Shown one piece after another: positions 1 through 13,470 of a DNA stretch of 64,000 bases; the first letter of the stretch is position 1, and every line of letters starts with the position of its first letter. Made by a program: the position numbers and the translations under genes. The DNA comes from Octopus vulgaris (taxonomy: Eukaryota): assembly GCA_951406725.2 (NCBI GenBank), contig OX597815.1, forward strand, positions 136,400,001 through 136,464,000. The letters run 5' to 3'. Below the pieces are notes generated by a model. It ran no database searches and was not told where the DNA came from. It saw only the letters and a list, made by a program, of their open reading frames with translations.

Positions 1-1253
1 GGATCGAAGCAATCAATGCATTAGCTATACCAGTCGTGACTTACAGTTTCAATATTGTTAACTGGTCAATTACTGAAATATGTCAGCTCGACAGAAAAAT
101 AAGGAAACTGTTGACAATGCATAGAATGCACCACCCTAAGGCAGATACAGAACGACTCTATCTGCCAAGAAAAGAGGAGGCCGTGGTCTTTTGCAACTGG
201 CAATAACAATGAAGATTGCTACAATTGGCCTAGACACCTACCTGAAAAACTCTGAGGACTGGATGCTAAAACTTGTCTCAAAACATGAAAACAAGAAAGC
301 ATCATACTCAGTCACAAAACAGGCAAAGGAATATCTAAGTGAATTCCGAATACAACCAATTTCGGAGATAGATATACAAGAAACAAGCACAGAAAAAGCT
401 AGGCGCATGAAAAGCCGTGCCAAAACTGCGGCCTTAGATATTCTGAATAATAAATGGCAAGAAAAACCTCTCTATGGCAAATACCCAAAGAGAGCGAATA
501 ATGCAGATATCGACAAAGCCCTAACCCATCAATGGCTAATGGCCTCTGGCTTAAAATCTGAAACAGAGGGGTTTATCATAGCAGCTCAAGATCAATGCCT
601 ACCAACAAGAAACTACCAGGCCAACATATTAAAGATCAGAAGCAGTCCAACGTGTCGTGTATGCAAGCAACAAAATGAAACCATTGACCATGTGGTCTCC
701 AAGTGCAGTCTTCTAGCGCCTACAGAGTATCTCAACAGGCACGATAGAGCTGCACAATATATTCACTGGGTAATCTGTAAAAACCTGGATTTGCCCCATG
801 AAAAAAACTGGTGGGAACACAAACCACCCCCAGTGCTTGAAAATGACCACATCTCACTCCTCTGGAACTTCACCATTCAAACTGACAGGAAGATAGATGC
901 AAATAGGCCAGACATCATATTGAAAAACTTCAAACAAAGAACATGCCTCCTCATTGATATGACTGTCCCAATCGATATAAACGTATCTGTCAAGACCTAC
1001 CAAAAACTGAGCAAATATAAAGATCTTGAAATAGAAATCAGCAAAATGTGGAAGCTGAAGACTAAAACAATACCTGTTGTCATAGGTGCCCTGGGAATGA
1101 TAGCAAAAGGGGCTGATAGCTACCTAACTCAGATACCAGGAAACCCAAAAATGGCAGAAGTTCAAAAGATAGTGCTCATGGGAACTGCTCATATCCTACG
1201 CAAAATACTCTCTATGTAATCTCAAGGTTTAAAACAAACATAATTTTCGGTTT

Positions 1254-1284
<31 letters not shown>

Positions 1285-1449
1285 TTTTTTTTTCTTTTTA
1301 GACATTCATTAGTACAACATCCCCACCCCCCAAATATATGGCACACTAGGCATAACAACAACATGAACTTCCAACCCTGTTGTCTCTTGAGGTCTCTGGG
1401 TGAGACTTGGAGCCAACTTGTACAAATATAAAGCAAAAGTCAAACATAG
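1..1449 (+). mobile_element. R4/Dong-like RLE non-LTR retrotransposon, 3' part (runs off window start)
   Basis: ORF 191-1219 has WQEKPLYG, CCHC knuckle CRVCKQQNETIDHVVSKC, RHD and RPDII..IDMTVP..KLSKY (PD-(D/E)xK endonuclease); upstream frame encodes HHPKAD.RLYLPR; 3' UTR ends in (TAA)n. Confidence 0.9.
191..1219 (+). CDS. C-terminal part of R4/Dong ORF (zinc knuckle + restriction-like endonuclease)
   Basis: Open 342-aa frame with CCHC, RHD and PD..D..K motifs; frameshift near 180 separates it from upstream sequence. Confidence 0.8.
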   Translation: MQLAITMKIATIGLDTYLKNSEDWMLKLVSKHENKKASYSVTKQAKEYLSEFRIQPISEIDIQETSTEKARRMKSRAKTAALDILNNKWQEKPLYGKYPKRANNADIDKALTHQWLMASGLKSETEGFIIAAQDQCLPTRNYQANILKIRSSPTCRVCKQQNETIDHVVSKCSLLAPTEYLNRHDRAAQYIHWVICKNLDLPHEKNWWEHKPPPVLENDHISLLWNFTIQTDRKIDANRPDIILKNFKQRTCLLIDMTVPIDINVSVKTYQKLSKYKDLEIEISKMWKLKTKTIPVVIGALGMIAKGADSYLTQIPGNPKMAEVQKIVLMGTAHILRKILSM

Positions 1450-1471
1450 AATAATAATAATAATAATAATG

Positions 1472-1535
<64 letters not shown>
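1450..1535 (+). repeat. (TAA)n microsatellite: tail of first element and target of second
   Basis: Direct reading. Confidence 0.97.
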
Positions 1536-4054
1536 GAGGATCAAACGCACCCAAGATGAGTGGATCAAACGCACCCAAGATGATTACAAAAATTTACAAG
1601 AACAGGTATGGGAAGACATCTCAATCGCCGATCTAAGGAGAGCACTAACGAAGTGGAAATCCCCTGGTATTGATAGAGTACCAAATTTCTAGCTCTCATC
1701 ACTCTCGTCCGCACACAAAATGTTAGTAATACTATTTAATAGTATTATGAAAGACCCGAAAAAAAACACCACATTGGATGGCAAATGGTATTACTTACCT
1801 CCTCCCCAAAAATAACAAAACGAAAGACCCAAAAAACTATCAGCCTATAACATGTTTATCTACTACCTATAAGATCTTGACATCTATTGTAGAGAAAACA
1901 TATACGTTTATGGAAGAGAATAACCTCTTTCCCACTGAACAAAAAGGATGCAGACGAGGCTCATACGGATGCAAAGATCAGCTCCTAATTAATCGCATGA
2001 TCCTTGAGAACTGCCATAACAAGCGCAGAAATCTCAGCTCTTCATGGATTGATTATAAAAAAGCCTTTGACAGCATACCACATTCGTGGATTCTGAAATC
2101 GCTGGACATTTTCAAAATTTCTCCTATGATTTCAGATTTTTTAAAGTATAATATGTCACTATAGAACATGAAGCACCAATTATATCATCCTAATGGAGTA
2201 TTGCACTCAAACAACATTAGCATAAACTGTGGAATTTTCCAAGGTGACTCACTTTCACCACTAATATTCTGCATAGCACTAATACCACTCACAAGTGAAC
2301 TGAATAGAACAGGATATGGCTACAAAATTGACAACAAGAAAATAAGCCATCTATTTTATATGGATGACCTAAAGCTATATGGCAAGGATGATGAAGAGCT
2401 TGAAGGATTATCACATACTGTGAAAGGATTCAGTGATGATATCGGGATGGAGTTTGGCCTTGAAAAGTGTGCCAAAGCCACTTTTAAGAAAGGGAAATTG
2501 GTAAAGTCTAGTTCAATCGAATTAGATGTCGAAATAGTAATAAAGGAACTTGAGCAGGAACAGACCTATAAATACCTAGGAATAAATGAAGGCTCTGGTA
2601 TCCAGCATGCAAGCATGAAAGAGAAGGTTAGGAAAAAATGTTATAGAAGAGTTCGAGCAGTCCTGAAGTCTGAGCTGAATGCATATAATAAGGTTTTAGC
2701 CATAAATTCCTTAGCAGTACCAGTTGTTCTTTATAGCTTCAGTAGCAACTGGAATACTAGTGAAATAATGAAAATTGACAGGAAAATCCGCAAGCTACTG
2801 ACTTGTAATAAGATGCACCATCCAAAGGTAGACGTGGATCGCCTTTACCTTCCCAGAGCTCAGGGAAGTCGAGGTTTGATCCAGCTTGAACTCACATACA
2901 AAACCACCACAATTGGACTGGCCAAATACCTTGAAGCAACCGACGATTGGATGCTAAAACTTGTTGAAAAACATGAAAGACCTAAAAAACTTCACTCTAT
3001 TCTCAAAGAGAGCAAAAAATTCGCAGGTGATCTCTTAGATACCCACCAGATTGAGCAGGCTGAAGGAAATGCGCCAACTGCAGCTGCAAAGAAAATAAAA
3101 TTAATTGCAAAGACAAAAGCACATGAAAATTTAGCTAGCAGATGGGAACAGAAACCTCTCCATGGCAAGTATGTGGCCCGTAGCAAACAAGCTGATGTCG
3201 ACCAGAAACACACGCACCAATGGTTACGAAGTTCAGGGCTAAAAGCAGAGAGTGAAGGTTTCATATTAGCTGCTCAAGACCAAAGCTTATTTACCCGGAA
3301 CTACCAAGCCAATGTGATAAAAAATGGAGCTGACCCAAAATGCTGATTCTGTAACGATGAGATTGAAACAATAGACCACATAATCTCAGGGTGTAGAGTC
3401 TTAGCACCTGCAGAATATAAAGCAAGACATGACAGAGTCGGCCAGTATTTACACTGGACAATATGTCGGCATATGGTATAAATATCATCCTGAAGCTGTG
3501 ACTGAGGGAGAAAATGTGTCGATTCTATGGGACTTCCCCGTGCAGACCGACATGACTATAAAAGCCAATAAACCGGATATCATTATAAAAGATCAGACAA
3601 AACGGATGTGTTTATTAATTGACATGAGTATTCTCTGTGATCACCATATAGCGGCGAAAGAATTTGACAAGATTAGTAAATATAAAGACCTGCTAATAGA
3701 AATTGAAAAAAATGTGTCATCTCAAGGCGACTACAGTACCAGTGATTGTATGATCTCTAGGAATGATAAAAAAAAAAAGGCAATGAAACCTATTTGAAAA
3801 TGATTCCAGGCTTACCATCCCTACAGGAAGTGCAAAAAATCGTATTAATTGGAACGGCTCATGTACTGAGAAGAGCGCTATCGCTGTGAAAATAACATTC
3901 ATCCATGAATTTATTTATTAATTTTTAAATACATATTTTATATGTGAATTTGCGCGTGTAATCTGGGAATGCATACAATGCCCTTCTCTGCCCTAGGTGT
4001 ATGGAAAACACTCGGCGAGAAACGGAAGAAAATTTGAAGAAAGAAGGAAAAAAC

Positions 4055-4055
<1 letters not shown>
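1536..4055 (+). mobile_element. 5'-truncated R4/Dong-like LINE of a second family, degraded
   Basis: RT motifs IDYKKAFDS, GIFQGDSLSP, YMDD, YKYLG (ORFs 1778-2164, 2168-3346); RLE KPDII..IDMS (3429-3797); stops and frameshifts; (TAA)n tail at 4056. Confidence 0.92.

Positions 4056-4106
<51 letters not shown>
4056..4106 (+). repeat. (TAA)n tail
   Basis: Direct reading. Confidence 0.97.
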
Positions 4107-4107
<1 letters not shown>

Positions 4108-4224
4108 GATGTAATAAGGATAATGACGATGTCTAACAAAGCTGAATATTTTGAAGGTGGTACAATCGATTGAGACTTATTTTGTTGACTTCACATGGAT
4201 GAAAAGATAATCCTTACTTTGGTT

Positions 4225-4338
4225 ACATCATCATTTAACGATCACTTTTCCATGCTTGCATGAGTCAGACAGAATTTGTAGAAGAAGATTCTCTATGGCT
4301 GGACGCCCTCCTCGTTGCCAACCCTTACCTGTTTCCCA
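4225..4338 (-). mobile_element. SINE/RTE-related 3' fragment with short (TGA)n tail
   Basis: Minus strand reads gggttggcaacgaggagggcgtccagcc...gcaagcatggaaaag..gttaaatgatgatg; family recognised from memory only. Confidence 0.5.
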
Positions 4339-4621
4339 GCACCCACACCATCATCCACACACCCACACATTATAGACGCACACATCCATACATCAAAGAC
4401 ACCAGCCCCTATCCACAGGCACGCACTCTCACATACTAACGCCCGCGCCCCTTCGTTTTCGGATCACCAATACTTTATAATCTCCCCTTCTTCCTAGCTC
4501 CCTTATCTAACTACCTTTGTCCAGCCAGCCGCCATTATTGACTGCTAGCTCCAAAAGTTTTTTTTCTTATTCTCTCGGTGTTTATTTCTCGTGTTCCTTT
4601 CTGTGGAATAGCGTATATATC

Positions 4622-6058
4622 TAATATATGTCTATAATTAAGAAGCAAAACCTCTATTATGTAATTCAATTAATAGTGAAAGATATTATCTATAATAAAT
4701 CATATAGAAAGAATTTAAATATATCATAATAAATATTATTCTAAAAATCACTAAATTAAATAAACATTAAATTGACTACGCGCGTTTCGTGACTATATAT
4801 TTAAATCGATAATATTAAAAGTTGATATTAATTCGATTTAAAATTATAATAACAAGTTTTCTAGTAATAATTTTGGAGTTGGTTATTCTACTACTAACAC
4901 TGTTGGTAACATTATTTCTTCTTTTAATAAATTGAAGCTGAATAAATTTTACATTAACAAATTAAATAATTATTCCAATAATAATAATGAGCAGAATATA
5001 ATTAATTCTACAAGCATAGATAAGACAAAATGTAAATTTAAACATAAATGTAATGTGGATGATGTAGTATATAAATGTTTTATATCTCTGAGAGATGATA
5101 GTATTAATAGGAATAGTTATAATTTAAATGCGATTTATCTGGGCTCGACTTCTAATAAAATTAAATTAATGGTGGCTCAACACATGCATTCATTTAAGAA
5201 TAAAACATTGATTAGTTCTACTGGCCTTAGCAAATATATATGGGAATTGAAATCTAAAGGAATTAAGTATAATTTAAATTTGGAGATAGTTTGTAAAGTT
5301 AAGTCTTATCGAATGGGTAATAATTTTTGTTTACAATGTACAAATGAATTTATACAGATATTACTATCTAATAATAAAAATATTCATTAATTACCTAGAT
5401 GAGAGAAAAATTAATTGTAGACATAGGTTAAATTACTTATGTAATAAGTTTATCTAATTTGCGTATATATATATAAACCCTGATTTATGTTACAAATTTA
5501 TAGTTATAATTTGTAATAGTATAATGAGTATAATTTAGCCGTAGATTATGAAGTGTAACCTAGAATAAGATTAAACCAAGGTGTTTATAAAATAAATAAA
5601 TAAATTGATGAATATATATTAATTTATCGAAATTTATTTTATTATATTACGTATAAAGTTTTAGTTTTAAATTATTGAGAATTTAGACTTTTTCTCAGTA
5701 AATGGTAAATCACGTCAAGTTTATTTATTTTCACCCCTAAAATACAGATTTCTATTTATTTATCCTATATTTATTATTTACGTTATGTTTTAACGTGACA
5801 GATTTCTTAGCAACGCTAATCTCTTAGTTTAACGTTTAAAATTAACTTTTAATATTATCGATTTTAAAATCATCGATTTAAATATATAGTCACGAAACAC
5901 GCGTAGTCAATTTAATGTTTATTTAATTTAGTGATTTTTAGGATAATATTTATTGTAATATATCTAAATTCTTTCTATATGATTTATTATAGATAATACC
6001 TTTCACTATTAATTGAATTACTTACTAAAAGTTTTGTCTCTTAATTATATACATATTA
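4622..6058 (+). mobile_element. Penelope-like element remnant: GIY-YIG coding fragment between ~200-bp inverted repeats
   Basis: ORF 4932-5390 has VVYKC..IYLGST..H..SF..STGLSKYIWELK..Y..C..C; arms 4622-4823 and 5844-6058 are reverse complements; ends in (TA)n. Confidence 0.8.
4932..5390 (+). pseudogene. Penelope GIY-YIG endonuclease domain fragment
   Basis: VVY...YLG bipartite motif and LSKYIWELK/CxxC signature. Confidence 0.75.
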
Positions 6059-6259
<201 letters not shown>

Positions 6260-6686
6260 CACTCTTCTATCACCTTTAGTATGCAAACGTTTTATAATAT
6301 ACTGAAACAAGCCCTTCCTTGCATGCAACAAAATATCTGGATGGTCAAACAGGCCATCAACCAAATCTATCTTATTAACCTTGGCAAAGTGCAAAGACCA
6401 TAAAAACTGCTATTCGTCTGCTTATAAAGATATAATGATCTTTTATAATAGAAGAATTATTTTTACACTTATGTTTAGTATCTGAATTTTAATTTCAAAT
6501 TCCAACTTTAAATCGACCATTATTATGTGAAAGTACTTATTTGCTAAAAATCGATTTTACATTAGTTTAATTGGTGTACAAAAATGTTTCTCACTTGCAT
6601 GTGATAAAATCATTGTGATTTTTAATATATATGTCCATATAATATGAGTCATACATATAAAGACACATACATACACACACACACAC

Positions 6687-6729
<43 letters not shown>

Positions 6730-7088
6730 TGTAGATTTAATGTTGATTGTCAGAAAATTTTACTTAATCGCATATTGGAAAATGATAATGTATTATACTT
6801 CAGTTGAATCAGTCTCTTGCTACTCTAAGTTTCGCCTGTGTGTGCACAGGGTCTTCAGTCAAGTTACATCGATATAGAATGTATAAAGGTGGAGGAGAGA
6901 AAATATGTGATGACCAGAAAAAAAGAAAAAAACACAAGTAAGAAAAATAGAAAGAGGAAAATAGAAGTGATGTAAAATATAAAAAAAGAAAAGTAGACAA
7001 GTGAAAAGTAAAACAAAAATTAACAAAGAACAGGAAGAAGGAACATAAGAAAGAGAAAAGAAAATGAGTAAAGAAAAGGGATGAGCAG

Positions 7089-7188
7089 AGAAGAAGAAGA
7101 GGATGAAGAAGAAGAAGAAGAAGAAGAAGAAGAAGAAGAAGAAGAAGAAGAAGAAGAAGAAGAAGAAGAAGAAGAAGAAGAAGAAGAA
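7089..7188 (+). repeat. (GAA)n microsatellite
   Basis: Direct reading. Confidence 0.97.
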
Positions 7189-7499
7189 TGTGTTTTGATA
7201 TAGGGGAGAGAAATATGGTGGGCAAAGACCTCAATGGAAAAACTCAATTGAGAAAGTAACAGATGAGTACATAAATGAACTTCAGAACTATAAAGAATAT
7301 GTATAAATAAAATGAAATAAATAAAGACGAAAAGAAGGAATTTCAACGACAGAAGCGATGGCTTGGGGATTGGGCAGTTGTACAAATGTAAGTTAGTGGC
7401 AGTAATATGAGACATAAAATCAAATGGAGTTAAAAATGTGGAAACTTCAAAATATATTGCGGATGCAAAAATATTGGTATAAAATTTTTGAACAAGACG

Positions 7500-7810
7500 A
7501 GTAATTTCGAGGGAGAGTGTAAGTTGATTATAGCTGGTACTGTTTTTTTTATCGACCCCAAAAGGATGAAAGGTGAACCGGCCCTGGCAGTATTTCAACA
7601 CAGTAAATTCGGAAGAGATGCCGCTAAGCACTTTTTGTCCGTCGGGAGTCAGTCATCAAGAATTTAAGTTCAACGAATAGATCACGGTACTTATTTTTAA
7701 ACCTGCTTCTTATTTTATCGCTCTCTTTGCCGAATATCTAGATGGTGGAGACGTAAGCTCACCTCACCGCTCGTGAAGCGGTAGTAGAGAATAAACAGTG
7801 ACAGAAAAAC
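7500..7810 (-). mobile_element. Two adjacent degraded SINE fragments
   Basis: ttatcgaccccaaaaggatgaaagg..gccgctaagc resembles 13300-13470; 7680-7810 resembles 53810-53945. Confidence 0.6.
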
Positions 7811-7840
7811 ACAAAAACACTGTATGTATATATATATATA

Positions 7841-8745
7841 TATCAAACTAAAGTTATTGAACAAACAAATGCAAGGTCATCCGCATATCATTTCATAATT
7901 CGAACATTTATTCATAGAATATACATATAAACATCCCGCAAGATGGAACATAATTCATCTGTACAAGCATACAAGCATGTAATAATAATATGGTGCCACA
8001 AAAAATTTTTTTCGTCACAGTTTAGAGTTAATACTTTAGCGATTCAGAAAAATACATTTAAAAAAAAAAACATTACGACACCTAGAAAGTAAAAATATAA
8101 TATAAAGTAATATATAAAAAATATATAGGTATATAAAAATATATAAAATATATATATACATATACATATATGGATGCACCCCAGTGCTTTAAACATAATA
8201 CACCCCTAAAATGGCCATAGGGATAAGTAAATATGGTTCCCTTTTTAACTATAAGGCTTCTATTTACTTGAATAATTATTTAATAAGATTTCTAAACGAT
8301 GAACTTTTATTTTATTTACATGATATATATTATATATTTTTTATATGCTCCTATATGTATATATATATATATATATATTTTATATATTTTTATATACCTA
8401 TATATTTTTATATATTGCTTTATATTATATTTTTACTTTCTAGGTGTGGTAATGGTTTAAAAAAAAATGTATTTTTCTGAATCGCTAAAACTGTGATGAA
8501 AAATTTTTTTTCCTCGCACCATATTATTATTATATGCTTGTATGCTTGTACAGATGAATTATGTTCCATCTTGCGGGATATTTATATGTATATTCTATGA
8601 TTAAATGTTCGAATTATGAAATGTTATGCGGATGACCTTGCATTTGTTTGTTCAATAACTTTAGCTTGATATTTTTGTCTCTTTCAATAGAGCACTTCTA
8701 TAGCAGTCCTATTAATTTTTTTGTTCCTGACACGAAACAATCACT
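7841..8745. mobile_element. Inverted-repeat insert in (TA)n: ~335-bp arms, ~170-bp spacer; probable Penelope pLTR remnant
   Basis: 7841-8177 is the reverse complement of 8346-8672 (e.g. gaacaaacaaatgcaaggtcatccgcat / atgcggatgaccttgcatttgtttgttc); TA repeats on both sides. Confidence 0.75.
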
Positions 8746-8755
8746 GTATTATATA

Positions 8756-8820
<65 letters not shown>

Positions 8821-8827
<7 letters not shown>

Positions 8828-10742
8828 ATCCCTCAAGGTCGAGGATGATGGTCTTCGCGCAAATTTACTGGTGAGTCCGTAGGTGACTGATAAGACCAAT
8901 TCTTGCTTGAAAAGATCGGTCGCAGTGCGGACATCCAGTGCCGGAAGGGAGAGTCGCACGTGGTTGTTGTTGGCGCTCCTTCCGTCGTCGTCTTTTCTCC
9001 TCCAGCTCTGCAGACCTTTTCGACCCGAAAGTCACCGTTCCCTCATGGATGGTGGTTTTCCAGAGTGGTCTGTTTTTTGCCGTTTCCTCCCAGTTAGTGA
9101 AGTCGATGTCACACTTTTTGAGGTTCGTTTTCAGGGAGTCCTTGTAGCGTTTCTTCTGGCCTCCTTTTGTACGCTTGCCGTCTTTGAGTTGGGAGTAGAA
9201 GATCTGTTTGGGAAGTCGTTCGTCAGTCATTCTAACCACGTGGCCGCTCCATCTTAGTTGGCCTTTGATGACATAGGCTTCGATGCTGGTCATTTTTGCT
9301 TCTTGTAGCACGCTGACGTTAGTTCTTCTGTCTTCCCAGCTGATGTTAAGGATCTTCAGAAGATAGCGTTGGTGAAATTTCTCGAGCGTTTTCAGGTGGT
9401 GACTATACGGGGTCCAGGTTTCGGGTGCGTAAAGGAGGGTTGGAATAATGACTGCCCTGTATACCATGAGTTTGGTTTCGGTTCGGATGTCCCGATCAGC
9501 AAAAACTCTTGTTCGAAGCTTGCCGAAAGCTGTTCCTGCACACTTTAGACGGTGTTGGATTTCATCGCTGAGGTCTACCTTTGCTGACAGATGGCTCCCA
9601 AGGTAGCAGAAATGGTTCACATTTTCCAGAGGAATTCCTTCGAGTTGAATCGATAGCGGGTTGTCAACACGGGCATTGGGAGGAGGTTGGTAGAGTAAGT
9701 GAGTCTTCTTGATGTTGATGCTCAGTCCAAGTTTAGTATATGCATGATGAAAGACATTTAGGATCTGTTGGAGGTGATCCCCTCTGTAAGCTGCTACACT
9801 GTTGTCGTCGGCATATTGGAACACTAGCAAGCTTCGCGTCATTGTCTTTGACGTACTTTTGAGGCGAGCGAGGTTGAAAAGCTTGCCGTCCATTCTGTAC
9901 GAGATCTCGATGCCAGGTGGAAGGTCATCTAGTATGATGTGCAACACTGTCGCAATAAAGATGGTAAAGAGAGTTGGCGTCGGTCTGGACTCTGGCGTGC
10001 ATATTGTCGTGGAGGAGTTTCAGGATCCGGATGAACTTATCTGGGCATCCATACTGGGCGAGAGTATCCCAGAGGAGCTCTCACGAGACACGATCAAAGG
10101 CTTTGGATAGGTCGGTAAAGGCCAAATAGAGCGGTTAGTGTTGCTCACGACATTTTTCTTGTAGCTGTCGCAGCGTGAGGATCATGTCGGTTGTGATCCG
10201 TGATGGCCTAAAGCCGGTCTGCGTCTCAGGAAGGATCCTCTCTGTCAGCGTTTTGAGGCGGTTGTTCAGGATCCGTGTAAGAATCTTCCCAGCAGTTGCT
10301 AATAAGGAAATACCCTGTAATTTCCACAGTCAGAATGATCGTCCTTTCGTTTGTAAATGGTAATGATGTTTGCATCCCTGAAGTCGGATGGTACAACTTC
10401 ATTTGTCCAGATTTTGACCAAGAGTTGGTGGAGCTGGTGTTGGACAAAATCACCTCCCAGTTTGTAGATCTCAGCTGGGATTCCGTCAGGACCCGCGGCT
10501 TTGTTGTTCTTCATCGCTGTGATAGCAATTTTGACCTCTTCGAGGGATGGAATTCGAGCGAGAGAGTAATCTTTGGCCTCTTTAGGAATCATGTCAAGTA
10601 TGCTTTTGTCGATGGTAGCCTTGTGATTGAGGAGGTCATCGAAGTGCTCTCTCCATCTGTCTCCTATTTCGGTGTTGCTTTTCAGGATGGTCGCTCCGTC
10701 TTTACTCTTCAGAGGAGCCTGTCCATGTGTGGAAGGTCCGCA
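8821..10742 (-). mobile_element. RTE-clade LINE, 5'-truncated with internal deletions
   Basis: ORF 8865-9947 has FQYADD, FCYLGS, QLRWSGHVVRM..RLPKQIFY and terminal CPHC..H zinc finger; 10299-10592 has KAAGPDGIPAEIYK; 3' end abuts (TA)n. Confidence 0.93.
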
Positions 10743-10764
10743 TATTTCTTTATATGTGTGTGTT

Positions 10765-10804
<40 letters not shown>

Positions 10805-13299
10805 TGTGTGTGTGTGTAGATATCAGTCATGCCTTAGAAATCTATGGGTCTATAATAAGTCCAAACACGTTGACGCTTCAAACATTACCAGCAGTTTGGA
10901 AGTATGCTGAAAAAGATGATAATTGTTGAGCAAGCAAAAGTGTAGAGATGTAGTGATGTGTCTCACTATGAAAAGATAAGAAATTTATGCAGTGGACGTA
11001 AAATAATTGTAGAAATCGTATAAGAGTATGAACTGATTCCAAGATGACGATGTTCTCTCTTCCCTACTGATTGTTGTCCGGGGTATGCCATTTGAGAAAA
11101 AGTGCCCTGGGTAAGCATGCTCATTGAAAGTAACGGAAATAAAAATGTTTCATCTGTTTGGGTGCGTTTATTAACGTTGGCACGAATCCACACTTTCATT
11201 TTACAAAAGAAAGCAGTGATTGAATATAACTGCTGACAGCTGCTAGAAATACGATTGTAGCTCACAGTCTGAACAGGAAATTTATACAATGCCAAAATAC
11301 GACAAGATTTCATACAATTTTCAGTTATTAGAATAATGAAAATTTGCCACTGGAAATATTTATGCTTAATAGTTTGACTTATGATAATTTTATGTAGGGT
11401 AACAATCCAGTGTTTGTTAGCATTGTTTCGAAATTCTAAGACATTTACGGTAAAGTATTTCGGTTTGTTCAACTTTCAGCCAATGTTATACATTTACATT
11501 ATTACTATAACCATTGGTTCACTTATTACGTTAATCAATGTTTATGAAATGGTCTTGAACAGCGGCCTGCTAAGAGGAAAACATCCAACTCTTCTAATAT
11601 CCAGAATAATGAAATTAACCAAAACTGAAACCAGGTATTATGCAAGATATTTCTGATATACAGGACGTGAAAATAATTTTGTTGTTATCGAAATTCAAAT
11701 GATAAATCTTTGTTTCTTAGAACGGGTCTCATATTTATTGGATTTGTCCATCAATACATATATCCATTATTCAACTTCTCTGAAATGGAAAATGTATATA
11801 AAAAAAACATTCTAGCTTTTCTACCTAGAATATAGATACACATTTCAAGCGAAAAATAATAGTATATTTATTAATGAAAGTATGTTTAATCGGCAATCGG
11901 GCATATTTTTCAGGAAAATTGTTCAGCTTGTACGCAAGTTACAAATACAATCTATAAGTCGAATTATAAAAATGTGTAAGACTTCCATAGGATAACGTTT
12001 AACGCTAATCGATTTTATCAAACAAATTCTAAGGATGGAGATTTATTTAGTTGTTAAAAATCACTTTTTCTTGAATAATTATAACAGCATATTTACACAC
12101 AGATGCGTAATTAGGAAAAAATTGTTTTGTTTCAGTCAATACCGTTCCTACGCCCATTAACTTTTCAAGTAATTCTCAGACTCTTCATAACTTTTATCTT
12201 CTACGTGTTTCATTTAGTGGTCAGCGGTTATGCTAGGTCACCGCATGGAAAAGTTTTAGTCGAACAAATCGGCCCCAAAACTTATGTTTTGTTTAAAAAC
12301 AGTTTCGTACATATTTTATGGGATAGAGGTTACTAGTACAAGGTTCTGCTCAGTGGATATTCAGTGAATATTTCAGTGCGATGGTTTAAATGCATCCCAA
12401 GATAATCTGATATAAACCTTTGCTGTGCAGCCGACTGATTCATTTCTATACTCTTTCTTTTGGCAGACGTTTAGTCAGGTCTCTAAAATTACATTCGGGT
12501 TAGGCAATTTGTTGTTTATAAAGACTTGGCATGGTTGGAGATTTGTTTATCTTATGATGAATACACAACTGTAGCCAGGCTTAAAAAAAAAACTTACCTT
12601 TCCAACATATATTGTATGAAGGTCTGTTATATATTTTTAAAGTTTTTGCTTCTCTGCGTTTGCTCAGATATTTTTTTTGTTTGTCGACTGAAACGATTAA
12701 ATTGAACAAATTAAACATAAATATTAAAACAAGCACAGAGAGTGAAAATTGAAGCGAATATAAGAAATATCAAGCGAGACATTTTGTAAAAGGAGAAATG
12801 TAATTATAATACAATATCCGTTATGATTATAGGCAGAGGTCATTTTTCATTTATCATTTTAATGTAAATTCATTGTGAAAGGTAATTTGCTGCAATATTC
12901 GTTCTGAGATTACACCTCTTATAAAAGTCCTCTATTTAAAAATATTTTTTGGAGGCAAACGAAAATTGTTCAGCAAATTGGCTTTTCACGATATATTTAT
13001 ATTAAGTATGCTACATATGACTATTTTAACCCTAATACTACTTCTGTTATAAATAATAGGTTTTTATTTTGCAGTGTCTATTCGTAATGCTATTGATAGT
13101 TTCTTCCCTGTTTCCCAATATCAGTTGCCACAAACTTCGTCTAAGCACACAGTTGCTTGTGAATACATGATATAGACAACACGACGAGGCTTAATAGCAT
13201 CTAGCATTCTTAATATAAAATAAACGAGTATAACTTCCACTAAATTTGCAAAGTCGTGCTTATATAAAAAATTATGACTAATATGGGTTTCAAATATTG

Positions 13300-13470
13300 G
13301 CACAAGGCCAAAAAATTGGGGGAGGAGACTAGTCGATTGTATCGACCCTAGCTCTCAACGGGCACTTATTTTATCGACTCCCGACCTCGGTGGAATTTAA
13401 ATTCACAAGAGGTAGAGACGGGTGAGATCCCAGAAAGCTTTTTGGCCGGTGCGGTAAAGATTTTATAAGC
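13300..13470 (-). mobile_element. Degraded tRNA-derived SINE
   Basis: ggcacaaggcc..agtcgattgtatcgaccc..acttattttatcgac..gacctcggtggaattt; shares motifs with 7500-7650 and 61190-61360. Confidence 0.6.

Noticed and set aside
10966-11472. 168-aa minus-strand ORF
   Set aside because: No recognisable motif; non-ATG start; composition typical of chance ORFs in AT-rich DNA
12590-12630. Possible 26-nt minus-strand micro-exon ending AAG|GTAAGT
   Set aside because: Poor acceptor; such motifs are expected by chance in 64 kb
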